A stretch of 64,000 nt of DNA from Acidobacteriota bacterium (GTDB taxonomy: Bacteria; Acidobacteriota; Vicinamibacteria; Vicinamibacterales; SCN-69-37): contig JADJUS010000022.1 in the NCBI GenBank assembly GCA_016716905.1, positions 140,053 to 204,052 on the forward strand. The letters run 5' to 3'. The translations under genes and the position numbers were made by a program. The notes beneath the pieces were generated by a model. It was not told where the DNA came from. It did not search any database and worked only from the letters and a program-made list of their open reading frames with translations. How positions within the stretch are numbered: position 1 is the stretch's first letter; every line of letters begins with the position of its first letter. Below, piece by piece: positions 10,029 to 21,609 of the stretch.

Positions 10029-10529
10029 CTAGACCCTGAGCCAGAGCAGCACAAATACGCAGACCAGGCCGGCCACGCTCCGATACTCACGATTACGGCC
10101 GAAGGCGCGGTGTGCACTGAACCGGCGCACCACTTCTGCGGCGCGGCCGGCGCGATAGGCCGCATATTCGCCGTCAAATCTCTGGTCAAGCGTGGCTTCT
10201 TCCGAGCGCATCGCTGCCACGTACGTGACCAGAAAATACGCAAGAACCAGGACCGCCGTCCCGATGCTCGCCGCGGCAATACCGAACCCGACCGCCATGA
10301 TGCCCGACCCGACGTACAACGGGTGTCGCATCAGGCGGTACGGCCCCGAACGCGTTACCTCAGCGCCCTTCTCGATGTGACCGGCCGCCCACACTCGCAA
10401 CGCCTGGCCGACCAGCGCGACCGCCGCCCCAGCCAGAACCGACGCGGTCGTGGGCGTGGCCAGCCAGAACGCCACCACAAACGAGAGGAACCCCAGCGGC
10501 ACACGCCACCGCGCCAATTGCGTCAGCAT
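10029..10529 (-). CDS. isoprenylcysteine carboxyl methyltransferase (ICMT/Ste14-like) family membrane methyltransferase
   Basis: 166-aa polytopic protein with GPYRLMRHPLYVGSGIMAVG, typical of ICMT/PEMT-type enzymes. It is the last gene of the LPS operon and overlaps waaC by 1 nt. Confidence 0.7.
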   Translation of the reverse strand: MLTQLARWRVPLGFLSFVVAFWLATPTTASVLAGAAVALVGQALRVWAAGHIEKGAEVTRSGPYRLMRHPLYVGSGIMAVGFGIAAASIGTAVLVLAYFLVTYVAAMRSEEATLDQRFDGEYAAYRAGRAAEVVRRFSAHRAFGRNREYRSVAGLVCVFVLLWLRV

Positions 10530-11560
10530 CAGGCGGCTCCCATCCGCCGGGCAATCGCCCGCGTCACTTCATCAACAGTCACATCGCCAAGGCACCACGT
10601 CGGCTGTCGATGGCATTGACGCTTGTAGTGACAGTCACACGAGTCGTACCGGCTGATGGACACGTCACGATCATCCCATGGACCGTTGCGGGCCGGCGTG
10701 GTGGGGCCAAAGAGCGCCACGATGGGCGTGGCGGTGGCGCCCGCGATATGCAACGGTCCGGTGTCGCCAGAGACGAACAGTTTCGCAGCGCGGGCGATGG
10801 CGACAATGTCGGCCAGCGTGGTCGAAGGTGCGCAGACGGCCGCGCCGGCGGAACCATCAACGACGGCCTGCGCGATGGCGTGCTCGCCCGGCCCCCACAA
10901 GACGACCGGCGTCCATCCGTAGGTGGACCGAATCACCCGAGACACTTCGCCGAACAACTGCGGCGGCCACCGTTTGTTCGGCCAGGCCGCACCCGGATTG
11001 ATCACGGCGAAGTCGCCAATCCCCTGAGCGCGTAACGCGTCCAGGGCCGGCGACGCCGACTCAGACAGCGGAAAACGGAAAGCTATCGTCGGGGTCCTGG
11101 AGTCCTGGGGTCCCGGGGTCAGCGCACGCACGAGGGAGAGATTCTTCTCGATGACGTGGCGCCCCTCACCGACGGCCACGGACTCGGTATAAAACAACCG
11201 CGCCGCCGGCTCGCGCAGTCCGGCCCGGTCAAAACCCACCACGCGACCGGCGCCCGACCCACGCGCCAAGGCAGCCGACTTCACCAACCCCTGCAAATCG
11301 ATCGCGAGATCGTAGCGGCGGGCGCGCAACGCCCGAATCGTGGACCACCATCCCCCGGCTGTGCGGCGCCCCAGCACGATGACCCGAGTCAGGTCGGGCA
11401 CAAGCGTCAGCAGTTCGGCATGCGCCTGCTCCACCACCCAGTCGATCTGCGCCGTGGGCCACGCCGCCCGTAACGATGCCACGGCCGGCAGGGCATGAAT
11501 GAGATCGCCGAGTGACCCCAGGCGCACCACCAGAATCCGCTCCGGCGCCCGCATGGTCAT
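10529..11560 (-). CDS. waaC: glycosyltransferase family 9 (LPS heptosyltransferase I-like)
   Basis: [37 protein letters not shown] and C-terminal [15 protein letters not shown] / ALFGPT motifs. Confidence 0.75.
   Translation of the reverse strand: MTMRAPERILVVRLGSLGDLIHALPAVASLRAAWPTAQIDWVVEQAHAELLTLVPDLTRVIVLGRRTAGGWWSTIRALRARRYDLAIDLQGLVKSAALARGSGAGRVVGFDRAGLREPAARLFYTESVAVGEGRHVIEKNLSLVRALTPGPQDSRTPTIAFRFPLSESASPALDALRAQGIGDFAVINPGAAWPNKRWPPQLFGEVSRVIRSTYGWTPVVLWGPGEHAIAQAVVDGSAGAAVCAPSTTLADIVAIARAAKLFVSGDTGPLHIAGATATPIVALFGPTTPARNGPWDDRDVSISRYDSCDCHYKRQCHRQPTWCLGDVTVDEVTRAIARRMGAA
11091..11120. repeat. GGTCCTG/GGACYCC-type micro-repeat inside the waaC coding sequence
   Basis: ggggtcctggagtcctggggtcccggggtc encodes [10 protein letters not shown] of WaaC on the minus strand. 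Confidence 0.7.
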
Positions 11561-12027
11561 TCCGCCGCGGAACCTGCGAGCTTCGTGAGCAGCGCCCTGG
11601 TGGAGTGGTCTTTCGGATCGCCCACGATGGCGACGCGTCCACCGTACGCACGAACGGTTTCACGTTCGGGCACCGTGTCCACGGTGTAGTCAGTCCCCTT
11701 GCAGTGCACGTCCGGCTTGATCATCGTCAACAACCGATCCACCGTGGGGTCATCAAACACCACCACGTAGTTGACGCAGGCGAGCGCGGCCACCAACTCC
11801 GCGCGCGCCGCCTCATTGAGGATGGGGCGGCCTTCGCCCTTGAGCCTTCGCACGGAAGAGTCGGAGTTGACCGCGACGACCAGCCGATCACCCTCGGCGC
11901 GTGCGCCCTGGAGGTACCGCACGTGCCCGACGTGCAGCAGGTCGAAACAGCCGTTTGCGAAGGCGACGGTCATCCCGGCCTGCCGATCGGCGGCAATCTG
12001 CGCGAGGAGCTCGGTTTCGGTCAGCAC
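11557..12027 (-). CDS. hldC: D-glycero-beta-D-manno-heptose 1-phosphate adenylyltransferase
   Basis: Cytidylyltransferase fold motif [17 protein letters not shown] plus VAVNSD. Corresponds to the stand-alone RfaE domain II. Confidence 0.85.
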   Translation of the reverse strand: MLTETELLAQIAADRQAGMTVAFANGCFDLLHVGHVRYLQGARAEGDRLVVAVNSDSSVRRLKGEGRPILNEAARAELVAALACVNYVVVFDDPTVDRLLTMIKPDVHCKGTDYTVDTVPERETVRAYGGRVAIVGDPKDHSTRALLTKLAGSAAE

Positions 12028-13085
12028 GTCGCGGCCAGCAGTTCGGCGGCAGAGACGGTGGCGGTGCCGCGCTTCATGACCACCAGACCACCCGCGTGGT
12101 TGGCCAGGCGCGCCGCCTCGCCAAACGTGGCTCCCGACGCCAGGGCCAGGCCGAACGTGGCAATCACCGTGTCGCCCGCACCGGTCACATCAGCGATTTG
12201 ATCTGATCCGACAATGGGAATGTGGTCGGTCGGGCGGCCGGGCTCGAACAACGCCATGCCACGGCTGCCCCGCGTGATGAGCACGGCCCTCGACTGCAGC
12301 TTCCGCAGCAACGTGCGGCCCGCCTTTTCAAGGGCCGCCGGGTCATCACCAATCGACACGCCCAACAAGGCCTCAACCTCAGGCTCATTGGGCGTGCAGG
12401 CCGTCACGCCGCGAAATCCGGCAAGGCCATACCTGGAGTCCACCAGAATCATCGGTACCCGCCCGACGTACGCCGGGTCCACTGCCCCTTTGGCGCCGGC
12501 ACGAAGCCGGTCGCCGCGTCCGGCGGCCTTGGCCTCGGCGCGCGCGATGAGCTCCGGCGCATACAGGCCGCTCCCATAGTCGGACACGATCACCACGTCG
12601 GCATTGGCGAGGGCGGCCGCCAACGCGTCCTCAAGGCGGCGTACCACCGCGGCACGCTGCCTGGCCGACATGACCTGACCGGCCCGATCGATGCGCACCA
12701 CTTGCTGCTTGGCCGAATGCACGCCACCGGCCAGCACCCGGGTCTTGACGGGTGTCACGTAGCCCCGCACTCGCGCCACGCCACGCGTATTCGCGCGCGA
12801 GGGCATGGCCTCGAGCAACCGGCGACCGGCATCGTCGCGACCCACCGCACCCACCACTTTCACACGGGCGCCCAAGGCCACCACGTTGTTCGCCGCGTTG
12901 CCGGCACCGCCTGGCAGCACCTCAGTGGTGTCGTACTTGAGGATCAGCACCGGCGCTTCGCGCGAGACCCGCTCGACCTGTCCGTACAGGAACTCGTCGG
13001 CAATGAGATCCCCGGCCACGACCACACGGGCGCGTGAGAAACGGGAGATGAGGTCCGCGTATCGCTGTGTCTCTTCGCGGGTCAT
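12021..13085 (-). CDS. hldA: D-glycero-beta-D-manno-heptose-7-phosphate kinase (PfkB family)
   Basis: Ribokinase-like motifs [21 protein letters not shown] and [11 protein letters not shown]. Sits between gmhB and hldC. Confidence 0.8.
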   Translation of the reverse strand: MTREETQRYADLISRFSRARVVVAGDLIADEFLYGQVERVSREAPVLILKYDTTEVLPGGAGNAANNVVALGARVKVVGAVGRDDAGRRLLEAMPSRANTRGVARVRGYVTPVKTRVLAGGVHSAKQQVVRIDRAGQVMSARQRAAVVRRLEDALAAALANADVVIVSDYGSGLYAPELIARAEAKAAGRGDRLRAGAKGAVDPAYVGRVPMILVDSRYGLAGFRGVTACTPNEPEVEALLGVSIGDDPAALEKAGRTLLRKLQSRAVLITRGSRGMALFEPGRPTDHIPIVGSDQIADVTGAGDTVIATFGLALASGATFGEAARLANHAGGLVVMKRGTATVSAAELLAATC

Positions 13086-13663
13086 GTGCGCCGCTCTCCT
13101 TCCGCGAGGATCAGCACCGTTGCTTCCATCAGATCCATCACCACCGGTGTCCCTGCGGGCAGACTGAGATTCGGTTTCCGCAAGTCGCGTTCACCGTGGC
13201 CCGTCCGCACCAGAATACCGCGTGCGCCCACGGCGGCGGCCATCATGACATCAATGTCGCGGTCTCCGACCACCCACGACCGGGCCAGGTCAATGTCCCA
13301 GCGCGCGCACGCCGCGTCGATCATGCCGCGGCCTGGCTTTCGGCAGGCACACGGTCCGCGCATCTCTGCCGCAACCGCGCGCGGATGATGCGGACAGAGG
13401 AACCACCCGTCCACGACCGCGCCAGACTCGTGCAAGGTGACATCAAGCGAGGCATGCAGCTCGTGCACAAACGGTTCGTCGAACAACCCCAATCCAATGC
13501 CGCCCTGGTTGGTCACCACACACACGAGGTAACCGGCGCGGTTGAGCAGACGGACCGCGTCCATCGTCCACGGAAACCACCGCACGTCTTCACGCCGATC
13601 GAGATACCCGACCTCATCGATCATCGTCCCATCGCGATCGAGGAACACGGCTTGACGACTCAC
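13082..13663 (-). CDS. gmhB: D-glycero-D-manno-heptose 1,7-bisphosphate phosphatase
   Basis: HAD motifs AVFLDRDGTMI, VVTNQGGIG and VVGDRDIDV, plus Zn-finger-like CPHHP...CACRKP. Confidence 0.85.
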   Translation of the reverse strand: MSRQAVFLDRDGTMIDEVGYLDRREDVRWFPWTMDAVRLLNRAGYLVCVVTNQGGIGLGLFDEPFVHELHASLDVTLHESGAVVDGWFLCPHHPRAVAAEMRGPCACRKPGRGMIDAACARWDIDLARSWVVGDRDIDVMMAAAVGARGILVRTGHGERDLRKPNLSLPAGTPVVMDLMEATVLILAEGERRT

Positions 13664-14694
13664 GACATTCCTTCCGGCGCTGGCCGCTCAAGGTGTTGCG
13701 ACACGGCGGCCACCACTGTCTCCACGTCGATACGCTTCATGCAGCGGTGGTCAATTGGGCAATCGCGGAGGTGGCACGGCCGGCAGAACACATCGGCCGT
13801 CAACACCGCGCCGCGGCCGAGGGGACGCGTGGCGCGTTCGTCGGTCGGGCCGAACATCGCAATCACCGGTCGCCCAAGCGCGGCCGCCACATGCATCGCT
13901 CCCGAGTCGTTGGACACAAACACACGGCACCTCGATGCCACTCCCACCAGGCTGCCGAGATCGGTTCGGCCCACGAGATCCAGCACGCGCGATTCCGTCT
14001 CGGGCGCGTGCGATCGGAGCCAGGATTCTATCGCACGCAGACTGGGGCGGTCGTGCGCCGCACCCACCACAACACACGTGACACCGTGCTCGCGTATGAG
14101 ATGCGCCATCACGGCGGCCATTCGCTCGGGCGGCCACTGCTTCGCCTGGCCGTATGCCGCGCCTGGCGCCACACCCACCAGCGGCGCGTCCACCGGAATG
14201 CGGGCCCGCAACAGCAGGTTCGCAACCACTGCGAGACTTCCAGCCGATGCCGCCAGCGTGGGAGGCGCGTCGTCACACGCAATGCCCAGCCCGCGGACAA
14301 GCCCACGGTAGTAGTCGGCATGGTGGGCGCCGCCCGCCGCCCGCTCACTTCGACGCGTGAGCAACCATCCACGCGCGCTGCGGGCGATGCCCCATCGCTG
14401 CGGGATGCCGGCCCGACGCAGCGACCACGCCGACCGGAATGAATTCGGGAAGAGGATGCCGAGGTCGAAGGCGCCCTCACGCAACGCCATCACCGCATCA
14501 CGCGGCGAAGGCGGCAGCACCAGAACGGCATCAGGCCGCACCCCGGTGTCTTCGCGGAACAGCGCCGCCACCGATGGAGGAGCAGCCACCGTGAGCGACA
14601 CGGAGGCAAAGTGCGTGCGGAGTGCCGCCATAGCCGGCAGGGCCAGGACGGTGTCACCGAGCCAATTCGGCGCGCGTATCACGACACGTTTCAC
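13660..14694 (-). CDS. waaF: glycosyltransferase family 9 (LPS heptosyltransferase II-like)
   Basis: VVIRAPNWLGDTVLALPAMAALR, and VFVSNDSGAMHVAAALGRPVIAMFGPT. Confidence 0.75.
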   Translation of the reverse strand: MKRVVIRAPNWLGDTVLALPAMAALRTHFASVSLTVAAPPSVAALFREDTGVRPDAVLVLPPSPRDAVMALREGAFDLGILFPNSFRSAWSLRRAGIPQRWGIARSARGWLLTRRSERAAGGAHHADYYRGLVRGLGIACDDAPPTLAASAGSLAVVANLLLRARIPVDAPLVGVAPGAAYGQAKQWPPERMAAVMAHLIREHGVTCVVVGAAHDRPSLRAIESWLRSHAPETESRVLDLVGRTDLGSLVGVASRCRVFVSNDSGAMHVAAALGRPVIAMFGPTDERATRPLGRGAVLTADVFCRPCHLRDCPIDHRCMKRIDVETVVAAVSQHLERPAPEGMS

Positions 14695-15626
14695 GACGAG
14701 CTCTCGCCTTCGGCACGGGGAAACATGCCTGCCACCGGTGGCTCATCGTCGCGCCATCGCCGGTGCATCCAGAGCCAGAGTTCGGGCTGGCGCCGCACGT
14801 ACATCTCGAGGACGTCCGTGCAGCGCTGTGTGAGCTCCACAACCGGGTCCGGAGAATCCGCGCGCGGCAATTCGATCGGATGTTCGTAGACGATGCGGCA
14901 GGTGCCGTCGGGGGACGGAATGGCAAATATCGGGATCACGGCGGCGCCAGTTCGAATCGCCAACGCGCCGACAGCGGAGGTCGTGGCGGCAGGCCGTCCG
15001 AAAAATTGAACCGACACGGCGTCGGCCGGCTGGATGTGCTGGTCGATCAGAATGGTGACCGCGTCGCCGGCACCGAGCGCGCGCAGGACGCGCCGCAGCG
15101 CGCCGCGGCGGTAAATCACCTGATTGCCGGTGCGGGTCCGCGTGTGTTCCAGCAGCGTCTGCAACTGCGGGTTGTCGAGCTTTCGCGCCAGGACGAACAT
15201 CGGCGGCAGCACCAGTGGGTGCGCGAGTCCGTAGACCTCCCACAGGCCAAAATGCCCGGTCACCAGCAACACCCCGCGGCCGGCGGCGATCGCTTCGCGC
15301 ACGCGGTCCTCGCCCTCAAAACTCACCCGGGCGCGGATCTGCTCGGGGCTCAATGTGCTGAACTTGAGCAGCAGCGTCAGCGAGCGGCCGAAGTGCGCAA
15401 ATGTCTTTCGCGCGATGGCACGGCATGCCGCCGGCGGTTTTGATGGGAACGCGGCCTGCAACTGCCGGATGGCGAGGCGCCGATGGCCGGCATCGATGGC
15501 CCAGAAGATGTGACCGATGCCGGCGCCCAGCAGGCTGACGGCCCGGTCGGGCCACGGTGCGACCATGGCCCGAACGACGACCACAATCGCGTACTCAATG
15601 CGATGACGCAGCGCGCGCGCACTCAC
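14691..15626 (-). CDS. lpxL: lipid A biosynthesis (Kdo)2-lipid IVA acyltransferase family protein
   Basis: Start set to GTG 15626, which overlaps the lpxK stop as GTGA. LPLAT/HtrB-like motifs NLQAAFP-like RQLQAAFP, LVTGHFGLWE and ILIDQH. Confidence 0.75.
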   Translation of the reverse strand: MSARALRHRIEYAIVVVVRAMVAPWPDRAVSLLGAGIGHIFWAIDAGHRRLAIRQLQAAFPSKPPAACRAIARKTFAHFGRSLTLLLKFSTLSPEQIRARVSFEGEDRVREAIAAGRGVLLVTGHFGLWEVYGLAHPLVLPPMFVLARKLDNPQLQTLLEHTRTRTGNQVIYRRGALRRVLRALGAGDAVTILIDQHIQPADAVSVQFFGRPAATTSAVGALAIRTGAAVIPIFAIPSPDGTCRIVYEHPIELPRADSPDPVVELTQRCTDVLEMYVRRQPELWLWMHRRWRDDEPPVAGMFPRAEGESSS

Positions 15627-16854
15627 GCCGGCACCGCCGACGAGCCCCCGGATCGTCCGCGAGCGGATTGGACCTGCGCTGCGAGCCACCCGGCAAATTC
15701 GGCGGCGGGCTCGATGGTGACGCGCAGGGGCCACTCGTAGACGGGCACGGGCAGTGGACGCAGCGCGCGCAGGCGAACGGCATCTTTACTTGTGGTGAGG
15801 ACACCGGCGGCGCCACCCGCGCGGACATCGCGCGCGAGGCGCGCGAGGTCCGCGCGCGTGTAGCGGTGGTGGTCGCCGGGGCCCCAGGCCCCGGCGACCA
15901 CATAGCCGGCGTCTTCGACCGCGCGGGTGAATCGCGCCGGGCCGGCGATGCCGGCCAGCGCGATCACGCGCGCGCCGGGCGCCAGCGCCGGGACGCCCGT
16001 CTCGATCGAGACGGGCGTCCCGGTGTGGCGAACGAGGCGGAAAGGGGACGGGTGTCGATCTGTGGAAAACCCGGTCACGGAAAAGACGTCGGGTGTCTTT
16101 TTGGCGGACGCAGGCAAAAAGACACCCGACGTCTTTTCCCCAGCCGGGTTTTCCACAGATCGACACCCGTCCCCCTGTGTGCCCCGGTCCTCAATCACCG
16201 CGTCGGCGCGCGCCAGCGCCGACACCGGCTCCCGCAGCGCGCCGAACGGCGCGCGGCGGCCCGTCAGGTCGCCCGGCGTCACAAGTACCAGGTCCACATC
16301 GCGCGCCATCTGCCGATGCTGAAACCCGTCGTCGAGCACCAGGGCGGTGGCCCGCAGGATGTGGCGCGCGAACGCGCCGGCGATCGCCCGCTGGTCGCAC
16401 ACCAGCACGGCGACGCCGGGCAGATCCCTGGCCAGCATCAGTGGTTCGTCGCCCGCGCGATCCACATCGGCCAGCAGGTGCCGCCCGTCCGAGACCACCA
16501 CCACGCCATCCTCTGTCCGTCGCCGGCCGTAGCCCCTGGAAAGAATCGCGGGCCGTTCACCCATTTCAAGGAGCAGCCGCGCAATGGCCGCCACAGTGGG
16601 CGTCTTCCCCCGCCCACCAAACGCGATATTCCCGACGGAGATTACGAAAGGGGACGGGTGTCGATCTGTGGAAAACCCGGCTGATGGGAAAACGACCGCT
16701 GAGCGGAAAACGACCTCTGAGGTAGTTTTTTCGGCGGAAGGGACAAAAACTACCTCAGAGGTCGTTTTCCCAGCAGCGGTCGTTTTCCCCTGAGCCGGGT
16801 TTTCCACAGATCGACACCCGTCCCCCTCTCTTCCCCGATCTCCGGTCAGCCCGT

Positions 16855-16858
<4 letters not shown>
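15623..16858 (-). CDS. lpxK: tetraacyldisaccharide 4'-kinase carrying in-frame palindromic insertions
   Basis: GTG start 16858 overlaps the waaA stop (GTGA). Motifs: P-loop VISVGNIAFGGRGKTP, SRGYG, GDEP, DDGFQH, LREP, AGIAGPARF, GDHH and TTSKDAVRL. The frame is continuous through the elements at 15987-16173 and 16650-16825. Confidence 0.8.
15987..16022. repeat. perfect 36-bp palindrome inside lpxK
   Basis: ccgggacgcccgtctcgatcgagacgggcgtcccgg equals its own reverse complement, checked base by base. Confidence 0.95.
16043..16173. mobile_element. MITE/RPE-like nested palindromic element A (131 bp)
   Basis: Perfect 31-bp terminal inverted repeats at 16043-16073 and 16143-16173. Inner hairpin is 16078-16101 / 16115-16138 with loop GGCGGACGCAGGC. 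Confidence 0.8.
16650..16825. mobile_element. MITE/RPE-like nested palindromic element B (176 bp)
   Basis: Carries the same 31-bp terminal inverted repeats as element A (16650-16680 / 16795-16825). Two further nested inverted repeats lie at 16686-16701 / 16774-16789 and 16705-16730 / 16745-16770. Confidence 0.8.
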
Positions 16859-19210
<2,352 letters not shown>

Positions 19211-19218
19211 GGGTCGCC

Positions 19219-20391
19219 ATGCGAACCATCCGTGACGTCGCGCTGAAGGGTCGACGCGCCTTCATTCGCGTGGACTTCAACGTCCCGCTCAAGGACGGGC
19301 ACATCACCGACGACACCCGTATCCGTGCGGCATTGCCCACCATTCATGCCGCAATCGACGCGGGCGCCACGGTGATTCTGGCGTCGCACCTGGGCCGGCC
19401 CAAAGGGAAACCGAATCCGGAGTTCAGCCTGCGCCCCATTGCCGATCATCTGGCATCGCTCCTCAAGCGTCAGGTCGCGTTCGCCCCCGACTGCATCGGT
19501 CCCGCGGCCGCAGAAGTGATCGCGGCCAATCCTGGTGGAGTCATCCTTCTCGAGAATCTCCGTTTCCACAAAGAAGAAGAAGCGAATGACGCCGGGTTCG
19601 CGGCTTCCCTTGCAGCGCTGGCCGACGTCTATGTGAATGACGCGTTTGGCGCGGCGCATCGGGCGCACGCCTCCACCGAAGGCATGGTCCACCTGATGGC
19701 CGATCACGCCGCGGGACTGCTGATGGAAGCGGAAGTGACCTACCTGGGTCGTGCGCTGAATAACCCCGACCGTCCATTTGTCGCCATCCTCGGTGGCGCC
19801 AAGGTATCGGACAAACTCGAAGTCATCGAGAACCTGCTGGGCAAGGTGGATGCGCTGGTCATTGGGGGCGCCATGGCCTACACGTTCTTCAAGGCGCGCG
19901 GCCTTGACGTCGGCACATCGCTCGTGGAAGCCGACCTGGTGGACACCGCCCGCGACCTCGAACAACGCGCCAAGGCCCGCGGTGTACGGTTGGAACTGCC
20001 GGTTGATCATGTCGTGGCGGCTGCAATCAGCGCCGACGCGGCCACCGAGGTGCTCGCGATCGGCGATTCGGCTATCGGCGATCGGAAGGGCCTCGACATC
20101 GGTCCCAAGACCATCGCCGCGTTCGCCGCCGTCATCGCGACCGCACGCACAGTGGTGTGGAACGGCCCCATGGGTGTCTTTGAGCTGCCGCCGTTTGCGG
20201 CCGGCACGATCGGTGTGGCGCAGGCCGTCGCCGCCGTAGACGGCACGACGATCATCGGCGGCGGTGATTCGGTGGCTGCTGTGACCCAGGCGGGCGTGGC
20301 CGATCGCATGACGCACATCTCCACCGGCGGTGGCGCCTCGCTCGAGTTCCTGGGTGGTCAGGCATTGCCAGGGGTGGTGGCCCTCTCATGA
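19219..20391 (+). CDS. pgk: phosphoglycerate kinase
   Basis: Start at ATG 19219 (MRTIRDV..). Motifs [24 protein letters not shown] and [11 protein letters not shown]. Confidence 0.95.
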   Translation: MRTIRDVALKGRRAFIRVDFNVPLKDGHITDDTRIRAALPTIHAAIDAGATVILASHLGRPKGKPNPEFSLRPIADHLASLLKRQVAFAPDCIGPAAAEVIAANPGGVILLENLRFHKEEEANDAGFAASLAALADVYVNDAFGAAHRAHASTEGMVHLMADHAAGLLMEAEVTYLGRALNNPDRPFVAILGGAKVSDKLEVIENLLGKVDALVIGGAMAYTFFKARGLDVGTSLVEADLVDTARDLEQRAKARGVRLELPVDHVVAAAISADAATEVLAIGDSAIGDRKGLDIGPKTIAAFAAVIATARTVVWNGPMGVFELPPFAAGTIGVAQAVAAVDGTTIIGGGDSVAAVTQAGVADRMTHISTGGGASLEFLGGQALPGVVALS

Positions 20392-21152
20392 GAATCCCCG
20401 TCTTCGCGGCGAACTGGAAAATGAACAAGAGCGGCCTGGAAGCTGTGGCGTGGGTCCGCGAATTCGCCCTGCTGACCAGAGAATTGAGCGCGGACGCGGC
20501 CGAAGTGGTCATTGCGCCGCCGTTCACGGCCATTGCCGCCGCCGCGGAAGCCGTCCACGGCTCACACCACACGGTGGCCGGGCAGAACCTCCACTTCGAA
20601 CGCGAGGGCGCCTTCACCGGCGAGGTCAGCGCCGGCATGCTGAAGGCCGCCGGCGCGTTGTCGGTCATCATCGGCCACTCGGAACGCCGGCGCCTCTTTG
20701 GTGAGACAGACGAGTGGGTGCAGCGCAAGGTCGCCGCGGCGCACGGCGCAGGCCTGACGCCTATCGTGTGTGTGGGTGAGACGCTCGACGAACGAGAGCG
20801 GGGCGACACCCTGACCGTGCTTGACGCCCAGGTGCGGGCCGGACTCGATGGCTGCAGTGGCGATCAGATCGGCGCCTTGATCGTGGCTTACGAGCCCGTC
20901 TGGGCCATCGGCACCGGCAAAAACGCCACCGCGGCCGAAGCCGGCGAGGCCCATGCCCACATTCGGCGGCGCCTGCGGGAGTGGTTTGGCGGCGCGCACG
21001 CGGACCGCACCCGGATTCTCTACGGCGGGTCGGTCAAGCCCGAAAACATCCGTGAACTCATCGGGCTGGCTGATGTGGATGGCGCCCTGGTGGGCGGCGC
21101 GTCCCTCGACGCGGCCAGTTTCGCCTTGATCGTCCAAAAAGCCACGTCCTAG
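20388..21152 (+). CDS. tpiA: triose-phosphate isomerase
   Basis: [26 protein letters not shown] and YGGSV. 4-nt overlap with pgk. Confidence 0.95.
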   Translation: MRIPVFAANWKMNKSGLEAVAWVREFALLTRELSADAAEVVIAPPFTAIAAAAEAVHGSHHTVAGQNLHFEREGAFTGEVSAGMLKAAGALSVIIGHSERRRLFGETDEWVQRKVAAAHGAGLTPIVCVGETLDERERGDTLTVLDAQVRAGLDGCSGDQIGALIVAYEPVWAIGTGKNATAAEAGEAHAHIRRRLREWFGGAHADRTRILYGGSVKPENIRELIGLADVDGALVGGASLDAASFALIVQKATS

Positions 21153-21181
21153 ACGGGGCTCCACGCCGTCTGTTAGAGTGA

Positions 21182-21586
21182 ATGGCTATGTATTACGTCT
21201 TCCTTGGCGTCTACGCGATCGTCTGTTTCCTGCTGCTGGTGGTCGTCCTGCTGCAGCAGGGGAAGGGCGGAGACATTGCGGCTGCCTTCGGCGGTTCAAG
21301 CAGCCAGGCGGCGTTTGGCGCACGCGCCGGCGCCACGGTCCTGACACGGGCCACGACAATTCTGGGCGCGCTGTTCATGCTCGGCGCGCTGGCCCTGGCG
21401 GTCATGGGATCGTCGGGTGGTTTCGGCGGGTCGGTTGTGAGCGGCGTCTCTGGTCCGGCGGCACCGGCCGCCACGGCGCCGGTCGTTGATCCGCTGTCGA
21501 ACCCGGGCGCAGTGCCGACGCCTCCGGCAACAACGCCGCCGGCGACACCACCGGCTGGCGGTCGGACGGGCGGCGGCGGGAAATAG
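21182..21586 (+). CDS. secG: preprotein translocase subunit SecG
   Basis: Two TM helices flank LLQQGKGGDIAAAFGGSSSQAAFG. Pro/Thr/Ala-rich tail. Confidence 0.85.
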   Translation: MAMYYVFLGVYAIVCFLLLVVVLLQQGKGGDIAAAFGGSSSQAAFGARAGATVLTRATTILGALFMLGALALAVMGSSGGFGGSVVSGVSGPAAPAATAPVVDPLSNPGAVPTPPATTPPATPPAGGRTGGGGK

Positions 21587-21609
21587 ACCTCGTTCACGAG
21601 CAAGACCAC

